This document shows, in pieces, positions 12,013 to 24,007 of a DNA stretch of 64,000 nt; position 1 is the first letter of the stretch, and each line of letters opens with the position of its first letter. Source of the DNA: Haliotis cracherodii (Eukaryota); contig NW_027266276.1 in assembly GCF_022045235.1 (NCBI RefSeq), positions 186,001 to 250,000 on the forward strand. The letters run 5' to 3'. The notes under the pieces are model-generated. The model saw nothing but the letters and a program-made list of their open reading frames with translations. It was not told the DNA's origin and searched no databases. The translations under genes were made by a program, and so were the position numbers.

Positions 12013-12850
12013 CTGGCGAACTATCCATAGCCAGGATGAAATCACCAACCGTGAATCCACTCCTGTTCCTCGCTCTGTCCACAGTCGTGCCCCTGCTTTT
12101 CCTTAAAGTTGCACGTTTACTGCTTATCTGTTTAGGTGTTCTACCATTAAGTTTCTTGGCAATGAGGGTGTTGATATGTTTACACCCATGGTAGACTTGC
12201 TCATACTTGTCAAGTATCATGACTTCACGACTCGTCCATTTTTGCTTCCGCGGGTCGGCCTCCTGACGAACACGTTTACGCCTGAATTTCTCCGCCGATC
12301 GACCTTCCTGCCGCTGCTTGTTCCTGAGTGCAGGGTGTCTATGCCTTGCGTGCTGTGATAGACCCGCTTTCGTGTAGAAGGTCATAGGACATGCACCGCA
12401 CTTATGCTCCCCAATCCTCCTGCTTGGCTTGGGTCCTCTGCACTTACCGTGATGGCATATGGTCCCATGAAGAGTGGAGAATCTCTTCTTGCAGGACCTA
12501 CATGTGAATTTCAATGGAAGACTGGGGTGCTTGCGCTCCCTGTGGGTCGTCATGGCTTTTGCGGCAAGAAAGGCCTCCTGGCAACAACAGACCGTGGGCT
12601 GGAAGGGGATGAGGATTTCTGCGAAATCGTCACAAATTTACATCGGTTGGAGAATATTTCCGCCAGCTCTCCCCTCGGGTCTTGAAACAGCGCGTGGACT
12701 TGTAGCCAACGGGATCTCATCCATTCCTTCAGTAGCGGCATTACGGTAATGTCCAGCTAGTCCGAGAAACAGCCCAACCAAAACCTATTCATGTCTCAGT
12801 GCACAGATTCCTTTTCAGTTCACTGGCCTTCTCCCTTTTCAGTTTGAAGT

Positions 12851-12891
<41 letters not shown>

Positions 12892-13037
12892 ATTGAATTT
12901 CTTCAGAAATCACAATGAAAGTAGTGGTATTTCAACTGCGTACATTGCTGCACTCCCACCTATGCTACACCTTTCATGTCGCTTCACAATGCCTAACTGA
13001 AGTCAAGCTCAACAGGGTCTTCTTTCCACGCCGAGGA

Positions 13038-13089
<52 letters not shown>

Positions 13090-13090
13090 T

Positions 13091-13139
<49 letters not shown>

Positions 13140-13148
13140 TTTTGGCTA
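12851..13148 (-). rRNA. 28S: Permuted 28S mini-cassette (downstream 237 bp fused to upstream ~60 bp of the R2 target)
   Basis: ttaagagagtcatagttactcccgccgtttacccgcgc (upstream flank) is joined through ...ttcttcagaaatcacaatgaaagtagtgg... to the downstream flank ending tttggcta. Confidence 0.95.
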
Positions 13149-16100
13149 TTAGTAGAAGAATCAGCGATAATTCTTATTGCGCCATCAGTTTGGAGGTGTC
13201 ACACCGTTCACCGTTACAGCTCAACTGTTGATCCCCACAGCTTCCCCATCTGGGTTGGATAACCTCTGATGGCTAACAGCCATTTCCAACTTCTGAGAAG
13301 GTTCTCTCTTGTCGGCTCGGCATTCCGACCCTTCTCTGCACAAGTGCAAGCTGGAGCGAGGTTCTCCATTAGTTCTGACAAGGTCATTACTAATATGAAA
13401 TTAACTGCCACGACAGTATGTTTCCCATATTGAGAGGCCATATGGTATAACATTAAAGAAATAGAGGTCCTACTAAGGGACGACATCTCTCGTGTGATGT
13501 CAAATGAGTGAATACTCCGAGCATCGCCTTGATGTCAGATTACTCTAACAGGCATAATGTTATTGACTAGCTGTGATCTGGAACCTGCTCCATTGGTATG
13601 AAACACAGAACGCAATTTAAATTTAATTATTTAATGCAGTTAAATACCTTTACCAATTAACACAATCTTGTTTTTGTACTTATGACTAACTAAAATACAT
13701 GTATGTCTTGTCTTGTCTATTTAGTACTGTCGTACTTCCGGATAACCCATACCTCTATATTAATGGTTATTACTTAGATTTATATTGTTATAACTCATAG
13801 TAGTTAAACACCATCACCGATACCAACACCAACTTATATACATAATCGTAATAATATTTTACGACTGCCTGTTTAGAGTATAATACAACGGATTTGATCA
13901 TTGCTAGAATGATCTATACATATATATATTAAAACACATGAAACACAACCATTCAGGAGTAAAAGTACTCGTAGCATGAAATATTAAAACTCTTGATTAT
14001 AATAAAATCGGTGCATATATGACAATATATGCGAAAAGAAAGACCTGCGTGAGGTGTAATCCCAGAAAAGTGAAAGAAAAATTGAAAAATTGTGGTATAA
14101 CTTGTTATATCCACTGAGTGGTATACCGCCGTATACCACTCTATTCCTGTTACAGGAATAAAAAAAATGGGATGTTACATAGTATTAGTATGCTTGATAC
14201 TAATCTATTTAATATTATACCGATAATATTATTAGAAAAATATATCTCTTCATGCTCATTGTGCTCTCGTGTCTTCTTCTCATATGCATCCGATCTGTAT
14301 GTGTTCCGGCAGTCCTCTTTCATCCACTCGCCAAGATGTAGGTGTGTTGGATCCTCATATACATGTCTCGCCTTATGTATATAGAGTGTACGCAGTACCT
14401 TATCTACTCGCCGTTAGACAATCGGCATCAAATCTGATGTAAATAACCATTTTATACATGTACATATAATGGTATAACGCAATATACCTATAGCTTATTC
14501 ACTCGCCGTCAGATAAGCCGGGCTATGCCCTATGCCATGCCGAACTCAGTAATGCGGCTGGTTATACCTATATATATATAGGTTTGCGTTGACCGGACGC
14601 TACGCTTCGAATCGGCTTATACTCATGGTATATTCCGATGTACCCAAGTGACAACAGCTGTATGAGAGATATTGTTGTACAAACGGAAATTATACAGCCG
14701 CCGTGTCGGCCAATAAAAACATAGTAATTGATATTTACAGAGTAATATGTACATATTTATATACTTGTAATATCTAATGATACCAAGCGCCAAGATCACA
14801 ATCTGTCTCATCAAGCTGTTAGCACTCATGTGTCCCTGTTCAGTGCCGAGTAGGATTCCATAGTGATTATGCGACGTTCACATGGTTCAATCCGAGATTG
14901 CCGTTTTCGATCCTCTTTACTGGTCCATGAATAGTCGCAGCAGTCTTATGGTATTGCACAGAGCCAGGAGACAAAAGTATTTGGCACTGTACCTCGGGAT
15001 GCCAAGGACCTCGAGCACCTTGTAGCATCGGGGCAACCAGCTACCCCTCGCTCCGAGAGGGAGGCCATAGACCTCGCACTGTGACGCCCCAGTTCTCTCC
15101 ATAACCGAAGGTACAAGTGGTCTGTATTTTCTCTCCTTTTCCTTGGCCGCCGCTACCAAGGCCCCCTTGTTTGGGTCCAATACGACCGTCACATCAACTA
15201 CTACTGCCTTCCCGTCTTTCACGCAGACTAGGTCGGGCTTGAAATAGGCATCCCCCAGACGTAGTCTGGGTTTGCACAATACTGCCCAACCTCGGAGCTT
15301 GGCAGCAGTTGATACGGCGGTGCATATCTTGTTATGTCTTTTGATTCGGCTCCGCTTGACAAAACCACAGTGTCCGCTGATGTGACCCAATGTTTCCGTA
15401 TGAAAACCACACCGCCTGCACTTCACATCACCTGTCGCTCGTCCCCGATGCAGCGCCTCCCTAGTGGGGTAGGTGTTGGTGCGCAGCTTTACAGCCAGTG
15501 AGTACTCGGACTCTGAGAGGGTCTCACCTTTTAACCACCAGTTGGCCGCTTTGTTGTCCCGTATCAATCTTGCTCCCAGCCCTTGGGCCGCATGGGCGTA
15601 CCAGGCCGTCCTTTGTGTGTTACGACACCAGTTTCGGGCCTTTCGGCCCTTGAGGTTTGTAGCACACTCCGGAAGCCCCCATTTGTCTACCAGCTGTTTA
15701 AGGTGCCCCCTAGCATTAATCTCTTCACTGATTGTCACAGCATCAGGTCACCAGAGTTTACTACCCGACTTTTCGACTGCACAATGCTACAGGGAACCAT
15801 GTACCGCAAACATGGTAGGCCCAAACCTCCATCTCTACTACTGGTGTAGAGAAAAGCAGTTGCAACCGATGGGTGAAGATGGAGCCACTCTATGACTTTC
15901 CCTCTCACTATGTTGTCCAAGTGATTGAGCGTCCCGCAAGCGGGCCCCACTGTCGCGAGAGAGTATTGGAGACGGGGAACCGCGTACTTGGTGAGGAGGC
16001 ACACTTTTTGGCGGGGTTTTAACGGCGCGCCGGATATACCTTTGCACCATTCGATCAGCAAATGAGACCAGGTCTTCCCTGTAGTCCCTACCCACGGGTC

Positions 16101-19100
16101 GATAAGAGCGCCGAGGTACTTGACTGATGTACCTGGATCAATCCATGGGATTTCGCCTTCATCGAGTACCGCCGCTACTTCCATGTTCACCGTGTACGTC
16201 TGTTTCCCGTCTTCGGGTGTGATAGTAAAGCAGTATGACTTCCGCACGTTTAGCTTTAGACCAGTATCCCGGCAAAACATCTCTACCAGGCCCAGGTTGG
16301 TTTGAAGTCCGTTTATGTCACCACTTGCAAGACCCGTATCATCGGCGTACCCCATTGCCGTGATCGCCATCCCCGAATCGAGATGGTATCCAGTTCCTCG
16401 TTCCTCTAGGAGACTGAATAGAGGGTCGATTGCCAAATTGAACAACAAAGGAGAGAGGGGATCTCCCTGCTTGATGCCTCTTTTGATCTGAATCAGGGAT
16501 GTCTGACCTTTAGGTGTCGTAAACCGAGTACTAGCGCCGGTGTACAAATCTTCTACTATTTCTAGCAGGCGATTATGCGCACCATGTCGCACCAGCCCGT
16601 TCCTCACATGTGAATGCGACACCGTATCAAACACTTTAGACAGATCTAGAAGGGCCACGGACAGTGCTCTTCCTTTCTTTTTCGCATGCTCAATCATGGA
16701 TGTCAGTAGTTGGATATTCTCTATGCAACCAGCTGCCTTAGTAAACCCGCGCTGTCTAGGATGCAGTGTGACTGCGTCTTGCAACCTGCTAGCTAGGACT
16801 TTCGTGTATAGTCGTACTACGACTGACGCAATGGTGAGTGGACGCCAGTTGCCTATGTTATTCGGCTCACCCCCTTTCGGCAGTAGTATGCTCCTATTCC
16901 GCTTGAGTTCATTAGGGATGGTTCCGGACAACAAGAAGCAGTTGCAAAGTGTCGCCATTACCCCCCCCCCCCCCCCCCCGTCCCCGTCTTGTCAAGCTTC
17001 TTTAAAGCACCCAGTCGTATACCATCCGGTCCCGCTGCAGTGTCAGCTTTCATCTTTGACATTGCGGAGAGTATTTCCCTCGGCTCAATTGGCTTCAATA
17101 TATTAGAGTTGTCAATCAACTTGCTGGGAACAGGGTAATCGGCCAGATTTACCCATCTGTCGCTACCCTCGAATCGTTCTTTATAGACTGTTTCGATTTC
17201 CCCAATGGTTACTGGACATGCAGTATCCAGTTTCCCATCAAGAATCTCTTATACCAGTCTAGATCGATCAAACGCTTGTTCCTAAGCGCGGGGTGTCTAT
17301 GCCTAGTGTGTTGTGCCAGACCCATTTTTGTGTAGAAGGTCATAGGACACACACCGCACTTATGCTCCCCAATCCTCCTGCTTGGCTTAGGTCTTCTGCA
17401 CTTACCGTGATGGCATATGGGCCCATGAAGAGTGGAGAATCTCTTCTTGCAGGACCTACATGTGAATTTCAATGGAAGACTGGGGTGCTTGCGCTCCATG
17501 TGGGTTGTCATGGCTTTTGCGGCAAGAAAGGCCTCCTGGCAACAACAGACCGTGGGCTGGAAGGGGATAAGGATTTCTGCGAAATCGTCACAGATTAGCA
17601 TCGGTTGAAGAATATTTCCGCCGGGTCTCTCCTCGGGTCTTGAAACAGCGCGTGGACTTGTAGCCAACGGGATCTCATCCAGTTCCTCGTTCCTCTAGGA
17701 GACTGAATAGAGGGTCGATTGCCAAATTGAACAACAAAGGAGAGAGGGGATCTCCCTGCTTGATGCCTCTTTTGATCTGAATCAGGGATGTCTGACCTTT
17801 AGGTGTCGTAAACCGAGTACTAGCGCCGGTGTACAAATCTTCTACTATTTCTAGCAGGCGATTATGCGCACCATGTCGCACCAGCCCGTTCCTCACATGT
17901 GAATGCGACACCGTATCAAACACTTTAGACAGATCTAGAAGGGCCACGGACAGTGCTCTTCCTTTCTTTTTCGCGTGCTCAATCATGGATGTCAGTAGTT
18001 GGATATTCTCTATGCAACCAGCTGCCTTAGTAAACCCGCGCTGTCTAGGATGCAGTGTGACTGCGTCTTGCAACCTGCTAGCTAGGACTTTCGTGTATAG
18101 TCGTACTACGACTGACGCAATGGTGAGTGGACGCCAGTTGCCTATGTTATTCGGCTCACCCCCTTTCGGCAGTAGTATGCTCCTATTCCGCTTGAGTTTG
18201 TTGGGGATGGTTCCGGACAACAAGAAGCAGTTGCAAAGTGTCGCCATTACCCCCCCCCCCCCCCCCCCCCGTCCCCGTCTTGTCAAGCTTCTTTAAAGCA
18301 CCCAGTCGTATACCATCCGGTCCCGCTGCAGTGTCAGCTTTCATCTTTGACATTGCGGAGAGTATTTCCCTCGGCTCAATTGGCTTCAATATATTAGAGT
18401 TGTCAATCAACTTGCTGGGAACAGGGTAATCGGCCAGATTTACCCATCTGTCGCTACCCTCGAATCGTTCTTTATAGACTGTTTCGATTTCCCCAATGGT
18501 TACTGGACATGCAGTATCCAGTTTCCCATCAAGAATCTCTTATACCAGTCTAGATCGATCAAACGCCCAGAGTTGTTGTACCCTTCTATACTCCGCCGCT
18601 TTACCCCGAGATCGGCCCCGCTTGGTTTTCCTGTGCCCGATGTTTTTTCTTTTCTTCCTTTGTTTTTCCGCCCTGTTCGTCATTCGCCCTAGCTGAACAA
18701 GCATGTCATCGTAATCCCCAACACAGGTAGGGCCATCCAAACAGTTTTGCAGCAGAGCTACAGCGCGGTTGCCATGTGGGTTATCAGACATCGTGTCTTT
18801 AACCTTCTCATAGTAAAGTCGGAATTGCTCCCTTCTTTGATCATCCGTTATCTCGCTAGGAGTCCCTTCGATCCCACCTTCGCCCGCTAGGGGTTCCGGT
18901 GAACTATCCATAGCCAGGCTGAAATCACCAACCGTGAATCCACTCCTGTTCCTCGTTCTGTCCACAGTCGTGCCCCTGCTTTTCCTTAAAGTTGCACGTT
19001 TACTGCTTATCTGTTTAGGTGTTCTACCATTAAGTTTCTTGGCAATGAGGGTGTTGATATGTTTACACCCATGGTAGACTTGCTCATACTTGTCAAGTAT

Positions 19101-20112
19101 CATGACTTCACGACTCGTCCATTTTTGCTTCCGCGGGTCGGCCTCCTGACGAACACGTTTACGCCTAAATTTCTCCGCCGATCGCCCTTCCTGCCGCTGC
19201 TTGTTCCTAAGCGCGGGGTGTCTATGCCTAGTGTGTTGTGCCAGACCCATTTTTGTGTAGAAGGTCATAGGACACACACCGCACTTATGCTCCCCAATCC
19301 TCCTGCTTGGCTTAGGTCTTCTGCACTTACCGTGATGGCATATGGGCCCATGAAGAGTGGAGAATCTCTTCTTGCAGGACCTACATGTGAATTTCAGTGG
19401 AAGACTGGGATGCTTGCGCTCCATGTGGGTCGTCATGGCTTTTGCGGCAAGAAAGGCCTCCTGGCAACAACAGACCGTGGGCTGGAAGGGGATAAGGATT
19501 TCTGCGAAATCGTCACAGATTAGCATCGGTTGGAGAATATTTCCGCCGGGTCTCTCCTCGGGTCTTGAAACAGCGCGTGGACTTGTAGCCAACGGGATCT
19601 CATTCATTCCTTCAGTAGCGGCATTACCCGCACCGTCAGTCTGTACTTCCCCCGAATGGCCTGGGTTTGGATCCCCCAGTCTTACGTCAGAGTACAACGG
19701 GAACCCTTGTTGTAAATGACGGCTCGGATAGCCAATTTTTCGAATTGTCACTCCGGCAGAGGACAAAACGGCAGCGTTTGACCCCCTCGCGGGGATCCGG
19801 CGCCTTGCATCCGTATTGCGACGATTTACGTTTGTATTCATCATGAGGTTATGGGATTTACATCCGTTAACATGAGGGAGGATTTAGCCTGACTCTCGCG
19901 AGTCAGCTGATAGCTCCACCGCGCAGAGGTACCTCCCAGTAGGACCGTGCCCCGGCGGATAACTCATGTTAGTCTACATATGCAGGGCTTTTCACGCGAA
20001 GAACTCGGTAATGTCCAGCTAGTCCGAGAAACAGCCCAACCAAAACCTATTCATGTCTCAGTGCACAGATTCCTTTTCAGTTCACTGGCCTTCTCCCTTT
20101 TCAGTTTGAAGT
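13149..20112 (-). mobile_element. R2 retrotransposon copy 2, full length with a 1.29-kb internal duplication; reconstructed about 5.7 kb, ORF about 1210 aa (19844 to 14917)
   Basis: Same termini as copy 1. ZF CCHH, CCHC, CCHH and Myb (KWTSREVMIL...RTPKQI) in 18540-19844. RT GIKQGDPLSP and YADD in 15735-16958. Endonuclease in 14917-15738. Stop at 18540, frameshifts at the poly-G tract and near 15737. Confidence 0.96.
19868..19971 (-). ncRNA. Candidate HDV-like ribozyme core in the R2 5' UTR
   Basis: Minus strand reads GGGAGG U ACC-UCUGCGC-GGU GGAGCUAUC AG CUGACUC-GCGA-GAGUCAG G CUAA AU CCUCCC, consistent with P2, P3/L3, P1', P4, J4/2 and P2'. The 5' strand of P1 was not identified. Confidence 0.6.
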
Positions 20113-20153
<41 letters not shown>

Positions 20154-20262
20154 ATTGAATTTCTTCAGAAATCACAATGAAAGTAGTGGTATTTCAATTG
20201 CGTACATTGCTGCACTCCCACCTATGCTACACCTTTCATGTCGCTTCACAATGCCTAACTGA

Positions 20263-20293
<31 letters not shown>

Positions 20294-20307
20294 CGAGGAT
20301 TCCAAGC
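20113..20307 (-). rRNA. 28S: Second copy of the permuted 28S mini-cassette, truncated on the downstream-flank side
   Basis: Same internal fusion junction as 12851-13148. It breaks after ttccaagc into diverged R2 3' UTR. Confidence 0.93.
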
Positions 20308-20637
20308 TGTCATTTCCAGCTTATAAGAAGGCTCTCATGTCGGGACGGCATTCCAACCCATTTTTGTATGAGCTCAAGTTGGAACAGTGTTTACCTATCA
20401 GGCAATGAATAAGTCATTTTCGGAAAAGAAATTCAACTGCCTCGACAGGATGTTTCCCATATTGAGAGAAAATATGGTGTAACATAAAAAAATAGAGTTT
20501 TTATTGAGGGATGACAACTCATTTGTTGTCTGAGTGAATAGTCTGTACATCCTTTGATGCCAGATTACTGTAATGGATAATATGTTATTGACAAGATGTG
20601 ATCCGGTTCCTTGTTCCACATGGTATAAAAGACAATA

Positions 20638-21674
20638 CAGTGGTCCCTCGTTATTGCGCTCTTCAATGTAGCGGTAAAGCATGGCTCCCAAAATTTAATA
20701 ACATTTTTAATAAACTCAACTTTTCCAATGACACAATGTTTTCCCCATCTCAGAAAACATTATCAGCTGATCACCTTGATCATGTAACACCGGAAATACC
20801 AGTCAACAAATCCATACTGAAGTACGCAATTTTATCCTATTATTATAATATCTGGTAATAAAAACATTGCTCATTGTTTATCTGGACTGGGTGTTTGCAA
20901 TATATTTTATTAATTATATTCAAAATTTCTTTCAATAATTATAATAATGTTTACAATAATTACGGCTAAATCGAATGCGAAGTGATTGGTAGATCACACA
21001 ACTCGCTGTTATTTAAAGCAACCAGATTACCGCTATTGACGCCTTGAAACAAACTTTAGTTGCAAGAGAATGGATACACATATCATAAATGCCGTACCAT
21101 GACTTGCTAAAGTCATATTTGAGGCAGTTTGAGCATTAAGTGTCAACATAACGATTTTGCAATTGAAAGACATGTAGCGCAGGAAGTCCCTACGGTGACT
21201 GGTCAAAATCGTTCCATATGTCAAAATATATCTGGCATACCATCTGTACCAAAGGGCAACGCTTATGGTTCTTATAATTTTAAGTATCTATGTTGGAAGC
21301 TGCAACTAAAAAACATGATATTGGAATATATTATTCCTGATAAAATAATAATTTCAGATACAATTTCTTCCGACCATATTGCATCCAAATTCTTTGAAGT
21401 TGTATCACTGGGTACGTTTTAACTGAATCACCGGTAGATTGGGAGGAAACGTGTGCACAGCTGATTGCTATTTCCGGCTTAGTTTACGAGAAAATACACA
21501 CGGTAATCTTAATCTCTGCATATAAAACAATGCCTTGGAAAGCAGGAAATACATTTTAAATGATCGTGACTTGTGTAGTTTTATTTCAATTTTCATACAT
21601 TTATTGAACAAATCATCTATAATGCTCATCAATTATTTGGACCCTGAAGGTAGCGTTGTAGCGAGGGATCACTG
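20638..21674. mobile_element. Tc1/mariner-type MITE
   Basis: TIRs cagtggtccctcg / cgagggatcactg with TA on both sides. No ORF. Confidence 0.85.
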
Positions 21675-22415
21675 TATGTACAACTGTTAACAGTTTATTG
21701 AGCATGTTTTATTTTCTCATGCTCTATTGTGTTTACATTATTATATTATGTGAGTTTGTTTACACGGAGTATTATTGTTATTATGGACATTAGCTTTTTT
21801 CGAGACTATGATTATATTAAAACTATGACCGCCACCAGCATGTATGTCGAGTCTTATTTGTTATGTTTCAATTTTCGTGGATGCAAACAAATGCAGATCC
21901 CCTCAATGATGGATAATTGAAAAACAAATATTTGTCAGTTACGGATGGATACAAATATAAATATATATAGATATATATATAAAAACCAACACCATGAAAA
22001 CTTTTAAGTATGTGCTTTTCAGAGATATATTCTGTTGTCTGCAAGCCCTTGGTGTTGGGCGGCGCCTTGGTATTATAAAATATGATGCGTTTGTTGCATG
22101 AATGAAAAGATATGGGGTATATTTTATATTAAAACTTGTAACAAAGCTGTATGAAGGAGTATATTACTCGAGACATATCATATTAGAATATCTTTGGAAA
22201 TTAAAATTGGTACATATATACATAGAACTATTCTTCAAACCTCCGTATGAGGCTATGCGAACTCCCCGACATTGAAAAATAATATAGAAAAATTGATATG
22301 TATATTTCTATACTACCATGCTGTCATATCACCATATGACAGCACTATTTCCCACGAGAAGGGAATACAAAATGGGAGAAAAATAATGATAATGAGATAT
22401 ATCTTAGTATTCAGT

Positions 22416-22749
22416 GGACCACCTCTGTGATCTAGTGGTAGAGTCCAGTAAGCGGAAGGTCCGGGGTTCAATCCCTGGCCGCATCATACGATTATACTTG
22501 TTGTTACCCTGTCTGGCACTCGGCATTAAGGGGCTAAAACAAGGACTGGTCGGCTCGGAGTCAGTATATTGTGTCTGAGTGGGGTATTCATATTAAACTG
22601 CGGCATGGTATCTCAGTGAGCTAGCACTATAATTGGCATAAGTCCGGACTAGTACAAGCAGCCACACACACAGATACATGTGCATGCACGTCGTTCTGTG
22701 AGTGCAATAATCTCTGACACAACTTTAAACCCCATTTCACCTCACCACC
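22416..22749 (+). mobile_element. tRNA-derived SINE with Meta/Deu(Nin)-like central domains
   Basis: A/B boxes; ctggcactcggcattaaggg...gactggtcggctcggagtcagtata...cagtgagctagcactataa. Imperfect TSD tagtattcagtg / tagtattctgcg. A reverse fragment lies at about 36950-37085. Confidence 0.8.
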
Positions 22750-23689
22750 TAGTATTCTGCGATAATATTCGTGATATAGTTCTTGTACCGATTCCAATCT
22801 GTAAGAGGTAGTCAATCTCTTGATCAATCATAGGCTTGTTGCAGACCTTCATTGTGGTGTCCCCTTCTTGAGAGCATCCCAGTTCCATCCTGTCAACTGT
22901 ACCCTCTGGTAGAGCGATGTCTTTGTTCATCTAACTCGCCAAGATGTGTTTCAGGTTAGTGGTTGTTTCATTCCAATCCATTCTACAAAAGTAATATGCC
23001 TTGTATAGAGGAATAGATTCTTAGGTATAATGCAATAATACCTTCTGTTTATTTACTCGCCGGAAATAAACAGGGGATACGCCCTAAAGTACTGTCGGAA
23101 ATGCTAGAAAACTGCTTTTTGCCTGTTAAACAAAGATATAATTTTCCAAAAACTGTTATTGAAATATCGAGAATCTACCAATCGCCCTACCTGTGGTTTG
23201 AAGTATTTCAGTCACAAGGAGTCCTATCGACAAGTTTACAGGAGACAAATTCGACCGAAGTTCACATTAATTCTAAGTCCAATGATGGCAATCTGAAACA
23301 GACTATAGAAATATGTGCACGTGACTGCGTTATAATGATTATTATGTAGTCTTCATAAAACAACTAATCCACACACAAAAACATTTTGAGAAAATTCTAC
23401 ATGTGCATCTTCTAAATGACAAAATGATGCTGTGTTTGGTTTGTTAACCTTGTTCCTATGAGGCATGTTACATTACACTTGCATACCCATAACCATGGTA
23501 CACGATCTGGAGTCTGTACTTGGAAATGTATACAAGTTCTTTACACTTTAGAGAGATAGAGGGAAACCATTTATTAATTTAGATAGGGGGAATTACCAAA
23601 CTGCCCAAGTCTTCAATTCATACCATCAAGTCTACTGTATGATAAGGAAACTAGACAGTAAAGGGGTGGTCTCAAAAACAAAACCGGGA

Positions 23690-23995
23690 CATAAAAGGAT
23701 ATTAGACAGCTTTGATACGGGGTGATTAGGCATATAGTGTAAAGCTTTATGAGCAGAAGGTAACCCTGACTTGTAGTAGAATTTGGGAGGAATTAAAGAT
23801 ACAATTAATGTTCCCAGACTGCACTAACTATTGCTTTTCAAGAGATGGGATTTCAATACACTGCCCGTGGCGATGGCCAAACACTTTTCACGGGAAAATA
23901 CTCCATCCTGTCTATGAGGTCACATTATCTCCGAACCAATTAATAACTGCCACAGTCAGGGCATCCAGATAATTTACCTTGATGAATCATTCGAC
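23690..23995 (+). pseudogene. IS630-Tc1-mariner (Sailor-like) transposase fragment
   Basis: KMGFQY, RSHYLR and IIYLDES-like motifs in broken frames. Confidence 0.45.
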
Positions 23996-24007
23996 TGACT
24001 ACATGTA

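Larger units (their letters stand above)
4653..12850 (-). mobile_element. R2 retrotransposon copy 1 (R2-A type), disrupted by a Gypsy insertion, small indels and a 379-bp 5' deletion
   Basis: 3' junction ...ctactaa|TAGCCAAATG and 5' junction ...GACTCTCTTAA|acttc (the target GG is missing, as is typical of R2). ZF/Myb at 11987-12553, RT pieces at 8007-8695 and 6381-7913 (YADD), CCHC, RHN, KPDL, KERKY. Confidence 0.95.
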
